NCBI GenBank assembly: GCA_964016885.1
Contig: OZ024742.1
Coordinates: forward strand, 237,956,001-238,020,000
Direction: 5' to 3'
Length of the DNA stretch: 64,000 nucleotides
Source of the DNA: Eledone cirrhosa
Lineage: Eukaryota
Position numbers and translations under genes: made by a program. Of the stretch, positions 48,801 through 61,440 are shown piece after piece (within the stretch, counting starts at the first letter, position 1; each line of letters starts with the position of its first letter). The notes beneath the pieces are model-generated. The model was given only the letters and a program-made list of their open reading frames with translations. It did not search any database and was not told where the DNA came from.

Positions 48801-49264
48801 TTCAGCTAAAAACACGTATAAGTCTTCTGAATAAATTGAATTATTTAATGTATTGATGTGTAAATATTTGGCTATTTTTCTCTTATGTTATGAAATAATT
48901 TAATGGATGGATCTATTAGTATGTGGTGGCTAACATTTCCCAGAGAAATTCGTTAATTGTTTGCTTAAAGAGATGATTCTTTCCATTCATATTTACTGAT
49001 ACATCATTTTTATGATCAGTTCTACAGCTTTGTTTCAAGTATTTATTCTTTGTTGTTTTTGATGATAATATTTTCTTTATTTGTTTACATCTGACATATA
49101 AGGCTTAAAAATAACGGGTAAATTGTCACTTTCACTCCGGAGTAAATGTAATGTAGGCATCATACATCTGATGTTAGTTTGATTTCCACAGGCGACAGTG
49201 ACTTCTTTTTCGTCTCTAATTGACAAATCTACGTGGTAGCAACTTCCAATATGTGACCATACAT

Positions 49265-49324
<60 letters not shown>

Positions 49325-50123
49325 GGGCGGGTGATTGGCAGTATCGGTAGAGGGTCGGACGCTATGCTTTGACGCATAGAGTTACGGCCCTTGCCATTCT
49401 GAGTTCAAATCCCGCCGAGGTTAACTTTGCCTTTCATCCTTACGGGGTCGATAAAATAAAGTACCAGTAATGTACTGGATAATTGCTGGCCTTGTGCCAA
49501 AAATAGAAACAATTATTACATTCTGAGTTTAAATCCCACTGAGGTTAACTTTGTCGTTCATCGTTCCGGGTTATCAATTCCATTACATGTATTACAGAGC
49601 ACAGCTATATGTGTGCCGTGTCTAATAGTGGTACTATTTTCTATATATTTGTAAATCATTTCTATTTTTGTTTATTTTTTATCATTCCTAGACAACCTAA
49701 TATTATGGGGGTTGTTTCTATTTTCGTTATCTTCGACATCATCATCATCAACTGAGTTGTAGAATTGTTAGAGCATCAGACAAATACTTAGCAGGCTCTT
49801 TACGTTGTGAGTTCAAATCCCTCTGAGGTTAACTTTGCATTTCATCCTTCCGAGGTCGATAAAATAAAGCACCAGTAACGTACTGGAGTCGATTTAATCG
49901 ACTTTCCTCTTCCCCCAATTACTGGCATTAATATCATTATTATTATTATTATTATTATTGGTCGGGCGCCATGCTTTAACGCATAGAGTTACGGCCCTTT
50001 CCATTCTAAGATCAAATCCCGCCGAGGTTAACTTTGCCTTTCATCCTTATGAGGTCGATAAAATAAAGTACCAGTAATGCACTGGGAAATTGCTGGCCTT
50101 GTGCCAAAAGTAGAAACAATTAT
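49325..50123 (+). mobile_element. Cluster of SINE A copies in (ATT)n (49325-49517, 49520-49570, 49755-49927, 49960-50123)
   Basis: A/B boxes, body and tail; first copy directly follows a long (ATT)n run. Confidence 0.9.
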
Positions 50124-50810
50124 TATTATCATTACACTCTGCTTAGTACAACACGAACACACATATTGTAAACTACACAGCCAATGCTCACTTTAGTGAA
50201 CCTACAGTAACTTGACGTTACAATCCCTAAACTATATATATATGTGTGGGGGGTATGTATACTAGTATTCGTTTTCTGTTATTAGATTTTAAGAGTTAGA
50301 ATAACGCTGTTCGAGTAACGCTGTTTCAGCACACAGTGGGATTTATTTTACTCAACAAGAGGATTACTGCAGGAAGACGATCGTAGGGTGATCCTTAGAG
50401 GGTTCTGTAATCAATAATCCATGGAGTAATTACAATTAGATAAAAGGTTTACAGATTCACAGTACGTTATACAAGAGGATATATTTCAAACAATTACATA
50501 TGTTTCATTGACATGTATGGAAGCTCATCTAGAAATCGCTAATCCCAATAATCTAAGCACGTTATGGAATGGCATATAGACATGCTATGATAGTTTTACT
50601 ATCATATAAAATATATTCATTTCAAGTAAAACAAATAATACTTAACATACATGAAGAAATAATTAGACAATAGCACAATTTGTGAAAATAGGAACTGAAT
50701 TTGGATTTATACCGTTTAGTAACTGTATCAATAACATTTCAAATTCTCGAAATGCACAGAGCGGATTTTAGAATGTTTCTTTTAAATCTCGATTAGAAAA
50801 TTACACGTAA

Positions 50811-51082
50811 ATATCTATACATACTTTCTAGGAATTTCATATATTAATCTTTTTTTATTACAATAATAATCTGTAGATTGATAATCTAAAGTATGAATTA
50901 TATTATAAACATTAGTAAATCTTTCGGATATTTACGATATAATAATATCTATACATACTTTCTGGGGTGCATATATCTTTAAAAAAGTTTTATTACAATA
51001 ATTATTTCATTTATAGTTTGAGCATCTAAGGTACGAATTATACTATAAACATTGGTACATCTTATAGATATTTAAGATATAA
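50811..51082. repeat. Degenerate ~135-bp tandem duplication
   Basis: ATATCTATACATACTTTCT...TTATTACAATAAT...GAATTATA.TATAAACATT.GTA.ATCTT occurs twice. Confidence 0.7.
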
Positions 51083-51346
51083 ATATTGAAAATAAGCACT
51101 GATATGTTATTTCACGACAACGCTTAATATAACTAATTGACAACTACAATGTGTTTTAATGTATGTTATGAATAATACACATAAACATTTTTGCATGTCC
51201 AGTAACGATGTTCACGCGTACTTGCTTTCTGCTTATGTACTATGAATCTTATGTAATTCTTGTTTTGCCTTTTGATATTAAACAAATTATTGTTTTTTGT
51301 ATTTTCCGAAGAGATACAGCTTGGAGTAAAGCACCTATGTGGAGTT

Positions 51347-51500
51347 ATTTAACTGAAAATGTTCGGTTTTTCTCGAGAATTGGTGAATAATTCTGGCTGT
51401 ATTGAAACATTCGTAGATGAATAATGTTGTTTATTCATCTCCCAATACAGCCAAAATTATTCACTAATTGTGGAAAAAAAACGAAAATTTTCAGTTAAAT
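51347..51500. repeat. Imperfect inverted repeat with ~60-bp arms next to (TA)n
   Basis: ATTTAACTGAAAAT.TTCG.TTTT...TGAATAATT.TGGCTGTATTG / CAATACAGCCAAAATTATTCA...CGAAAATTTTCAGTTAAAT. Confidence 0.75.
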
Positions 51501-51684
51501 ATATATATATATATCTTTGTGTGAACACCTATCTGAGGAGCTTCCGATTCCAGAATCAGGATCGATCATTAATCGATCGTTCCTCGAGCTGATTGACAGG
51601 GAAACATCTGTAATATGTAATTAAATATGTATATGATGCAACGCTGACTCTTTGTTCCCTTATATATTATTATTATTGTTGTTG

Positions 51685-51725
<41 letters not shown>

Positions 51726-51736
51726 CATACATATAT

Positions 51737-51796
<60 letters not shown>

Positions 51797-51801
<5 letters not shown>

Positions 51802-52766
51802 TTTCTTTATTAACCACAAGGGTTTACATAAAGTAGACATTAAGGACAGTGCAGGACAATGCAGGACGGTACAAATGGGCATTTCTGCGTGTAAAAAACA
51901 AAAACAGAGGATGTAACAAAAATAACAATGAAAAATTCCCCAATAGGGGGGGGGGGGGGAGACTTCGGAGGGACATTTGTGGAGAAAGCCCAGTAAAAAG
52001 CCACAATGACCCTGACCACCAAGGCAAGTGCCCTCTCCCAGTTTTCCACCTTTAATTTACAGATATATACTCAGAGTAGGCCCATTCACTCGGGCCATTC
52101 TTGCTTCTCTCACCCATCTTTCAACAAAATGCTGGGAAGAGAGCACTTCCCGCTCTACTCTGATTTTCCTTTTCAAATGAAATTTGAAAAAGTCAATCAG
52201 AGCATCACCGAAGAGGTAAGTGCTCGTCTTCAGCCCTTTCAAACGTGTCCACCATACTATCTCTTTCGCCATGGCCACCAGAGAGATAAAAACTGCCTGC
52301 CCTTCCCGGCTAAAGGAGGAGGGCGGGGCAATCCTCACGATGAACTCAGATGATAGCCGGATCCGTCCTAAACGCGACAGCAGGTGTTCGACATAAACCC
52401 ACAAGTCAGCAATTTTCGGACACTGGACGAGTGCGTTCAGGACGGTTTCGTCGCCCTGCGCGCATCTCGGACATGCCCGGCTGACGGCACCTCCATGCCT
52501 GTAGAGTTTATCCCGAACTGGCAAGGCTCCTCGGTAGCACTGCCAGGCCAGAGATTTCTGGAAGTTGTCCATAGGCCCCGGCCCGAAAGTTCTTCCGAAG
52601 AGATTGGCTAGTTGATTTTCGTCGACGCCTAGAGTTTCCCCAAGTACGTCGTCGCTCTTACCCTCCACTAATCCTCTATAGAACGCCGAGGTGGAGTTTC
52701 CACCGATCACATTGCCCGATTGGTCGAGGGCTGTGAGCGCCTGCAACAGAGACTCCAGTGCACACC
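51797..52766 (-). mobile_element. 5'-truncated L1/Tx1-clade LINE; open ORF2 C-terminus 52057-52766
   Basis: zf-RVT-type motif AWQCYRGALPVRDKL...CPRCAQGDETVLNALVQC; 3' UTR ends AATAAAGAAATC(ATT)n; both ends lie in (AAT)n. Confidence 0.85.
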
Positions 52767-52820
<54 letters not shown>

Positions 52821-54132
52821 CGGAATCAAGCACTCGACAATGAGGGAAAGGATAAGGAAGGAATGTTACCGCAGAGTAAGAGCAATCTTAAGAACGGAAT
52901 TGAATGCAAGGAATAGGATCGATGCCATAAACACGCTTGCCATACCAGTAGTAACCTACAGTTACAATGTCATCAACTGGTCAAGCACAGAGATCCGTAG
53001 GCTCGATACAAAAATTCGAAAATTCTTAACCATGCACAGAATGCATCACCCTAAGGCAGATACAGATAGAATATATCTCCCTAGGAAAGAAGGAGGACGT
53101 GGGTTAATCCAGTTAGACATTGCGTTGAAAACTGCAACAATTGGATTATCTACATATCTAAGGGAATCACATTATTGGATGATCAAACTCGTTTTGAAAC
53201 ACGAAAGCATCAAAAGATCATTCTCCATTACAAAAGATGCACAAAGATACAGTAATGGACTACACATTTCAGAAGTCCCATTTACTGCTGAAATGGAAAA
53301 CACAGAAAAAGCAAAGCAGGTAAAAGTAACTGCAAAGAAAGAACTGCTACAGAAACTGGCTAAGAAATGGCAAGAAAAGCCTCTGTATGGAAAATACCCA
53401 GAACGAGCTAACAATCCTGATGTTGACAAAACGTTAACCCATCAGTGGTTGGCATCCTCTGGACTGAAATCGGAGACTGAAGGACTGATTATAGCAGCAC
53501 AAGATCAGTGTCTGCCAACAAAAAATTACCAAGCCAACATAATAAAAAATGGGTGCAGCCCATTATGCCGTGTATGTAAAAAACAACCAGAGACCATTGA
53601 CCATATAATTTCAATGTGCAGTCCTATAGCTCCAACCGAATACCTAAACAGGCATGACAGAGCTGCACAATACATACATTGGATAATGTGTAAGCATTTT
53701 GACCTGCCCCATCAAAAGAATTGGTGGGAGCATCAACCACCTCCCATACTTGAAAAATATCACATCTCAATCTTGTGGAACTTTAGCATCCAAACAGACC
53801 GAAAAATAGATGCAAATAGACCTGATATAATATTGAAGGACTTTAAAAAGAGGGTATGCCTGCTAATTGATATGTCCGTTCCAATAGACAAGAATGTATC
53901 TATAAAAACATTTGAAAAATTGAGCAAGTATAAAGACCTGGAGATAGAAATTGGAAAAATGTGGAAATTGAGAACTAAAAAAATACCAGTGGTTGTAGGC
54001 GCTCTAGGAATGATACCTAAGGGGTCTAATGATTACTTATCGCAAATCCCAGGAAACCCGCGTATAGGAGAAATACAAAAGATAGTACTAATGGGAACTG
54101 CCCATATACTAAGGAAGATTCTGTCAATATAA
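52821..54132 (+). CDS. C-terminal ~437 aa of a Dong/R4 polyprotein (RT thumb, CCHC finger, restriction-like endonuclease); partial
   Basis: AINTLAIPV, HHPKADTDRIYLPRKEGGRGL, ETEGLIIAAQDQ, CRVC..ETIDHIISMC, RHD, NRPDI, IDMSVP, EKLSKYKDL, PVVVGALG. Confidence 0.9.
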
Positions 54133-54275
54133 GTACATCACAAGTCTAAACACTAAAGATGCATGTGTGAGTATGTATGTTCTTTCTTGAACATGGCGGA
54201 CCTTGTTGTCTCTTGAGGTCACTGGTTGTGACTTGGTGATAACTCGTATGAACATAAAGCAAGATAAATGCAGCT

Positions 54276-54276
<1 letters not shown>
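52821..54276 (+). mobile_element. 5'-truncated Dong/R4-clade RLE retrotransposon in (TAA)n
   Basis: Uninterrupted frame to 54132; long (TAA)n on both sides; short 3' UTR. Confidence 0.92.
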
Positions 54277-54372
<96 letters not shown>

Positions 54373-54374
<2 letters not shown>

Positions 54375-54590
54375 TTGTCATAGGCGCACTGGGGACTATC
54401 TCCAAAAGTTTCCAGGGATGGTTAAAGAAAATCGGCCCCTTCACGCTTTTTGGAACGCTTCAAAAGGCATGCTTGCTTGGAACAGCAAGAACCCTCCGAT
54501 ACGTCCTGAATATCTGAGGCTGCAGGTAGTGGCTTGATATTCATTCCAACGGACTTTCCAGATAACCAACATCAATGACTGAGATTCAAG
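54373..54590 (+). mobile_element. Very short 3' fragment of a second Dong/R4 family
   Basis: IVIGALGTISK...LQKACLLGTARTLRYVL*, then a short UTR and (AAT)n. Confidence 0.8.
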
Positions 54591-55959
54591 GAATAACAAC
54601 AATAATAATAATAATAATAATAATGGTTTCTTATTTAGGCATAAGACCAGCAATTTTTTTTTTGGGGGGGGTCGATGAATTGACCCCAGTATCTACCGAT
54701 ACTGCCAACAGTATCGTAAAAGAGGATAGAAAGAAGAGATATAAGGAGGTGCGATACAGCATATTACATGCCAAATGCGGATGCGTAAGTGCTCAATGCT
54801 TGGGTTATCAGGGTTAAATATTACAGAAAGTTAATGTTTAGTGTAAAGGTTAAGCAGAGCTGTAATAATAACTTCTTAGATAATTGATCATATGAACATA
54901 CAACTTCGATCCAAATTGACATTATTTTTCTAGGCCTTCCAATCCGCACCCAATGTGCCCCCTTGCATTAGATATACCTTTGTGCAGTGTTTAACGACTT
55001 TAACAATAGTTTATCATATTCACACCTAAACACAGCATAATTTATACTGAATTAACAAACCCGCATATGTAAATTTCTTCTTTTTTTTTCCATAGCTGGT
55101 ACTGGTCATAAGTTATGCAGGAAACTTTATACGGGCACCGGTAATTACCTCCCTTAACAAACTATACTCCTTTCACCGTATTTATACCCATACCATTTAA
55201 AATTACTATGCATGGTGATGTGAAATGATTACCATACCCACTTAGGGTCTGTAATTAAAAACCTTGCTTTTAATATCTGCCTCCGATGAAACGCGTGTAA
55301 GAGCTATATAAAGATATGTTTTAACGGCTTGTAACTCTTTCATTCACTCTTTTGCTTATATATGTATATATATATAAGTTAAATCAATGAAATAAAAATT
55401 CAAGTCATTAGAAATATACTTCACTGCTTTACGATCGTTTCTAGGTGATGATAATACATGTAACTATATTTCGTTATCGATCTATGTAAGGTTAGTTACA
55501 AAATATCAGATAAGGAAAATATTTACTTACATACATATCACCAGCTGTTGTCAAAAGCAATGAGAATTTTATTCAAAATTAGTAGTAAATTGAGTTCTAT
55601 GACCTTATTTGGAGGTAGCTGAAGAACAAACCAATCAGATTGTTGTTTTTTTCCCATATGATGTTAAGATGAAAAATAACTCACTTTAGTTGAGGTCGTG
55701 ACCCTTTGAAAGGAATGGTTGAATGGTGTTAACAATAGACTTGCTATAAAGAATCTATGAGGAAAAAGGGGATTGTCATATTGATAGTTGAATGTATATG
55801 GTATAGTGAAGTTTTAAAGGAATGTAAAAATTAAATGTTGAGTTGTGTTATATGGAGTTTTTAGGTGAATATAAATTATGGTCATGACCAGGAAAGATAG
55901 TATATTAAAAGATGAAGATTATAATAAGGTAATGAAATATAGTAATACAATAATATAAT

Positions 55960-56147
55960 ATAATTGTTTCTACTTTAGGCACAAGGCCAGCAATTACCCA
56001 GTGCATTACTGGTACTTTATTTTATCGACCCCGTAAGGATGAAAGGCAAAGTCAACCTCGGCGGGATTTGAGCTCAGATCGTAAAGGGACGTAACTATGC
56101 TGGAAAGCATGGCGTCCGACTCTCTACCGATACTGCCAATCCACCGC
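55960..56147 (-). mobile_element. Full-length SINE family A
   Basis: A/B boxes, body, tail. Confidence 0.9.
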
Positions 56148-56541
56148 AATGCAATATAATATAGTACGGTGTGGTACATTGTACATAGTATAATAGAGCG
56201 TATGATACGTCTTAAAATACTTTCAAGTATGTCCATGTATAAATAATCAAACTCAAATAAATGCATGTTGACATGTAGTCAAAACGCATAAATTTCATAG
56301 ATCACAAAGTTCATATACCCGCATTATAGATAGAGGTGTAGTTATATTGATACTCAATTAAAAACATACATACGCATAAATAGATGCAAACATATACAAA
56401 CACAATCATACACATACATCTATACATACATATATATACACACATACACACCTATACACACATATATATACGTACACACACATAAATGTACACACACTCA
56501 TATAAACACTCATACACATATACACGCATATACATATATAT

Positions 56542-56593
<52 letters not shown>

Positions 56594-56639
56594 TCATATC
56601 ATACATACATGGATACATATTTACTCATGCAATTACGGG

Positions 56640-58722
56640 TGGTTGTGTACCTTGTTGCCCTTAGTCATTAAAGCATAAATCTAAGGAAGCTAAAAAATTA
56701 AAAGGTAAGAAATAAGCATGAATGCGTATAATTAGGGGAAAGGGATACTAACAAATGTTACGTTACATAGAATTATAGTGAGTTGCTATTTAGAATATTT
56801 AATTAGGTTTATAGTATTTAAATGTTTTTCGTATACGGTGATTACAAACTATAATCAGTTCCTGTCTTTTATTCAATAAATCGTCCTTAGATCTAGTAAT
56901 TTCCAAGATCTCCCCTGAACATAACCTGCATTCTCTCCTGTTCCCAAGATATGGAGTTCTTTGTAGAATGGTGTTCCGCGATAGCTTGAAATCTATTTTT
57001 TTTTTTTAATAGTTATTTACTGCTTTAGCTAAAGATGTGGTGTTAGCTGGTTTAGTATTGTTAAAACTACTAAAGTGTGCGTAATATCTTTTCTTAAATT
57101 TGTTCGATGTAGATCCTATATATGTTTTGTTGGAGTCTGTAGTAGACACAGTGCATTTATATATTACATTATTAATCAAACAGTTGCCAATTAAGGGGCA
57201 AATACTTCTATTTCTGCAATTACAACCATACGTAAGATGGTTGTTGGGGGTACATATACAGTTCTCATTAATCATTGAGCTATTCTTATTGTAATTAATG
57301 TTAGTGGGTGAATGAAGGTTGCTTTGTGGATGATTTAGTGCTAGGGTTGTATTGTGATTTTGTGTTATGTTGTTTTTGTGTTGGTGATTTGGGTGGTTGT
57401 GTTTTCCAGGTTGAAGGATTGTATTATTTGTCCTTTTAAAAGGTGCAGTCCTATTTAAATTATGTTATGGTGGTGTGGTCATATTATTTTTAAATTTATA
57501 AATGTTGTAGTTGCTTATTTTTTGCTGGAGATTGTTTGATGTAGGTAGAGCATGAGAATTTAACAGTATACCTGTTAAATATTTGGTGGTATCTGTGGTT
57601 TGGTGGAAAATGTTTGTGTAGAATTTCGAAGAATTTTTGGGGGATTTGTCCAATAGTTTGCAAGTTGAAGGGTGCGTTGTACCATGTTATGTTTCTTTTG
57701 CGGTTTTTAGTTAAGTTCTTATTACCACTTATATTAATGTGCTGTGTTCTAGAAGAGTTCTTATGGTTAGTATCTGTATTTGTGGAATTTAGTAAACTAC
57801 TTTGGTTGTATTTGGTGGATGTTATTATTGGGTAGATTATGAGAGGTTGAATACTTGGTATTCATATGTGAGTTGATAACATTGGTCATAGATCGTGTAG
57901 TAATAGTTGTGGTTTTTCAGTTGTTTGGTGTGATAGGAATAACCCCATTAGGTATTTGTTTCGATGGTATTTTTTGGTGTTTGTAGTTTTTGCTAGATTT
58001 TATATTTTGGTCCATAGTAGTATTGGGGATATATGAAATTTTTTCTTTATATCCACTTCTAGTTAGGGCCTCGTCGTAGAAGGGTGCATTATTATAAAAT
58101 ATATCCTCATTGGAAGATAATTTAGAAAGTCTAAGAGATATATTATATACTAAGTTTTTGAGTATAGAGCCAAGATGGTTAGAGCGTGAATGTACATAGT
58201 GTAGATTCTGGTTTGGTTTGTGGTAAGGTTGATAAATATTCGTAGAGAGGTCTAAGGTAACGTCAAGGAAGTTAGCTACTTTTGAAGTGTTTTCAAAGGT
58301 TATGTTAAGGTTGTAATAGTCCTTGAGGAATTTTTTAATTTGTTTTTTTATTTTTCTCTATATTAGAATTGCTAAGATTGTTAGGTAACAATAGACAATC
58401 ATCCCGATAAAGACCACCTTTGAGGTGGTGAAAAGAGGAATGAATATTATAGAGGAGAAATAGTCCACCGAGGTCTGTAACTTGAGCAGAGTCCATGGAT
58501 CCCATCGTTATATTGAATAAGTTGTTATATGTGTTTCTTGTCCAGTGTTCTTCTTGGAAGTTTAGTAAGGTTTTTCTTGCGTGAGTTATGATGTTGATTT
58601 CCTCAGTAGATAAACCCGATCTATTTCTGGCGAAGATCAGTGCTTTGTTTAAAAAAATTGGAGAAATCGAAGAATAGTAAGAATCGATGTCGAATTGAAT
58701 GAATGAAGCTGAGTTTTTATTC
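56640..58722 (-). mobile_element. Decayed Penelope-like element with RT and C-terminal GIY-YIG (YRDD-type, probably Nematis-like)
   Basis: FIQFDIDSYYSSI, FNITMGSMDSAQV, GGLYRDD, VANFLDVTLDL..YQPYHKPN, RLSKLSSNE, ITWYNAP, CNCR..CPL.GNC..NVIY..YIGSTS..FKKRY..H, CRLC..LLNKRQE..CNH. Clade name is from memory. Confidence 0.9.
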
Positions 58723-58731
58723 TCTCTCTCA

Positions 58732-58795
<64 letters not shown>

Positions 58796-59002
58796 TACAA
58801 AAGATCGTTTTCGAATGAAACAAAGGAAGGGTAGGTTAAGAAATTATTACAGCTCAAAATATAAGATTTATTACAATAAACTACAAAGAAGGCTCAATAC
58901 GATTCTGGTTGAATTGTATGAAATCCTTATTTGAGATGTTTACTTAAAATCATAAAGCAAATATTACAATGTCAAATAAGATCCAAACGATTAAATATAT
59001 TA

Positions 59003-59260
59003 TCTATATATATAAAACTGAGGTTGTCTGTCTGTCTACTAAAACCGTCGGCACACATCACCTCCTAAACCGTACGTTCAATTTCGGTGAAATTGCTACA
59101 CTTATAGATGAAGGTCCGACGGAGACATCGGTCAAAAAAATGTTCAAATCGACCCACGCCATGTGCAAAATATGGATTTGTAATGTATTGATTTTTGAGT
59201 TCAAATGTATAAATAGAGATGAGAGACGAGTTATTTCCATTTCATAGAACGCGCAGAGTA
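59003..59260 (+). mobile_element. Possible non-autonomous Helitron-like 5' end
   Basis: TCTATATATATAAAACTGAGGTTGTCTGTCTGT start, shared with 63400; no 3' CTAG hairpin identified. Confidence 0.4.
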
Positions 59261-59331
59261 TAACAAATTTCCACCACTTGCAGACGATTAGATATTTCGA
59301 TTCTTGTCAGAATAAGTAGATGCTATAATTT

Positions 59332-59429
59332 TTATTAAAATAACAGATTAAAGTTTAAGCAAAGAATCACTTCTTTCACCGTTAAGCAGCGATTGTTTGC
59401 CTAAACTTTAATCTGTTATTTTAATAAAT
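59332..59429. mobile_element. Minimal family G fold-back (termini only)
   Basis: TTTATTAAAATAACAGATTAAAGTTTAAGCAAAGAATC / GATTGTTTGCCTAAACTTTAATCTGTTATTTTAATAAA. Confidence 0.8.
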
Positions 59430-59459
59430 ATATATATATACATTTATATATGGAAAAGA

Positions 59460-59987
59460 ATGAAACGAAATTTCATTTCTCACTCTTAGTACGGCTGATA
59501 CTTAAATGTAAGTATGTATGTATACGTACATACATATATGTATACAGACGTACAGTAGTATGTATATAAATACATACATGCACACATATATATATGTACG
59601 TATGGGTTTACCGAACATTTATTATAATGTTCGGTTTGTTTATAAACAAACAGCCCGAATTACGCCGTACAGTGTTCAGGCAACCATCGTCGCATTTTTT
59701 GTTCAACACTGACACAGGAACGATGTACTAGTTTCAAGCTTATTAGCTATCGTCAGCATCGTATACCTTCCTGCCAGATGATAAAGTATATACTTTCCTT
59801 ATGCATATTAACGGCTGAGCAGCCTAATTTGCATATCGAGTGAGTTAGTCGGCCGGGCTCACTGAAAACGATAAATGTTCGGTAAATCCATACGTACATA
59901 TATATATATGTGTGCATGTATGTATATATATACATACTACTGTACGTCTGTATACATATATGTATGTACGTATACATACATACTTAC

Positions 59988-59990
<3 letters not shown>
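59460..59990 (-). mobile_element. Family C element with inverted partial copy (59870-59990)
   Basis: Homologous to 47005-47685. Confidence 0.82.
59720..59762 (-). ncRNA. Type I hammerhead ribozyme (family C)
   Basis: ACGAUG CUGACGA uAGCU aaua AGCUu GAAAC ua GUA CAUCGU. Confidence 0.8.
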
Positions 59991-60045
<55 letters not shown>

Positions 60046-60399
60046 TTTCACAAAGTATATTGCTAATGTCCTATAATTCCACGAATAACGGTTAATTTTT
60101 GTGCACATATTTTTTTACAGATATTTCAATATATTCGACAATGTATTAATTTAGTTTTCTCAGCATATATTAAGCCTTTGACCTTTTTTCTATAACCTTA
60201 GATTTTCGCTCAAACCTTCGTAGATTTTGTAAACAAATTAAGACGTCACATGTTTTTCTACGTTTATAAATCATTCTAGCAATTTCCTTTATTTTCTTGT
60301 TTATATAAAATATAAATTAAATAGTATATATAGATTTTTAATATAAATTTTTAATTTTGACATAGATAGACTATTTTCATTTTTTTATTTTATTTTGTT

Positions 60400-61440
60400 T
60401 CTGAATTTGTTTAGCAAGATTCTTTATCTGAAAACGTGTGTTGAAACCGATATTGTTATACTTTGGGAGGGTTATGTTGCCAATAAGAAACACACGCACC
60501 AGTTGCTTTCACTTCAATTTATTATAATCAATTTATAAATTTAGGAATTTATAAATTTCCGGTTGGTTGGTTCCACAACCGGATGATTGTTTATATATTG
60601 TCAAAGTTCTTTCGTCACACATTCTGTGACCTCTTCAGTGACTGGGGATTCTTTTCTTTGTTTTTGTGCCTCTCCTTTGTTCTGTCCTACGCCATCTTGT
60701 TTTTGTGTGTGTTGTGTGCTTAGTTTGCGCATGTGTTACATCCGGGTGTCTGTGTGTGTTTATATTTGTTTATTTATTTGTTTATTTACATGTTACTGGT
60801 TGGTTGGTTGTTTGTTCTATGTGCGTGTGTGTTTTCATTTTGTCCTTAATTGTAAGTTGTAATGTTGCTGTTCCATTCATGTTTTCTATTTAATTTTGGT
60901 TGGAGTTCATTTATGTTTATTGCCTCTGTGATTTGTCTAAACATTGCGTCTTTTCTGTGTGTAGATTCTATTTTTATTTCTATGTTCTCTAATTTACCTT
61001 TATGTTCTATTTTAGCATGTTGGTAGAGTACAGATGATTCTTTACTATCTTGAAGGTCTCGCCAGTGTTCATTTATCCGTTCCCCTATACTACGAGCTGT
61101 CTCACCTATGTACACTATATTCTTATCTCTACATTGTCCTTCAGTACATCTTATGCTATATACTACATTTCTAGTTTTACAGTTAATATGGGGGCTTAAT
61201 TTACAGATTATACATTTCTTGTCTATACAGGGAGGTCTTTGAAAAGGGTATGTATTGCTAATAAGTGTTTTTATGGAGGTACCTGGTCTTTCTACTATCA
61301 TAATATTGAGTTTATGTTTATCTAGGGCCTTTATAAAATGTGTAAGCTAATTCACCTCTAGGGGTTGTATCGATAAACATTACACTCTGGTATTTATTGC
61401 TATCATACCATGAGTTTATTCTCTTAACCTTATTCTTTTT
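60400..61440 (-). mobile_element. 5'-truncated Penelope-like element (Neptune-like): Cys-rich linker and GIY-YIG ORF 60846-61301, followed by a terminal repeat
   Basis: PCIDKKCIIC..CKTRNVVYSIRC..VYIGETARSIGERINEH..RQITEAINI..PKLNRKHEW; upstream YQSVMFIDTTPRGEL in another frame. Confidence 0.9.
60600..60642 (-). ncRNA. Type I hammerhead ribozyme in the PLE terminal repeat
   Basis: GUCA CUGAAGA gGUCAC agaaugu GUGAC GAAA G aa C UU UGAC. Confidence 0.7.

Noticed and set aside
49170-49240. Acceptor-like TTTCCACAG followed by a short open frame
   Set aside because: Weak donor and no homology; insufficient support.
52720-52833. N-terminal poly-I and poly-Y extensions of the 470-aa and 258-aa ORFs, and the YIHT start of ORF 15506
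   Set aside because: Read-through of (TAA)n or (CATA)n target repeats; the elements are 5'-truncated.
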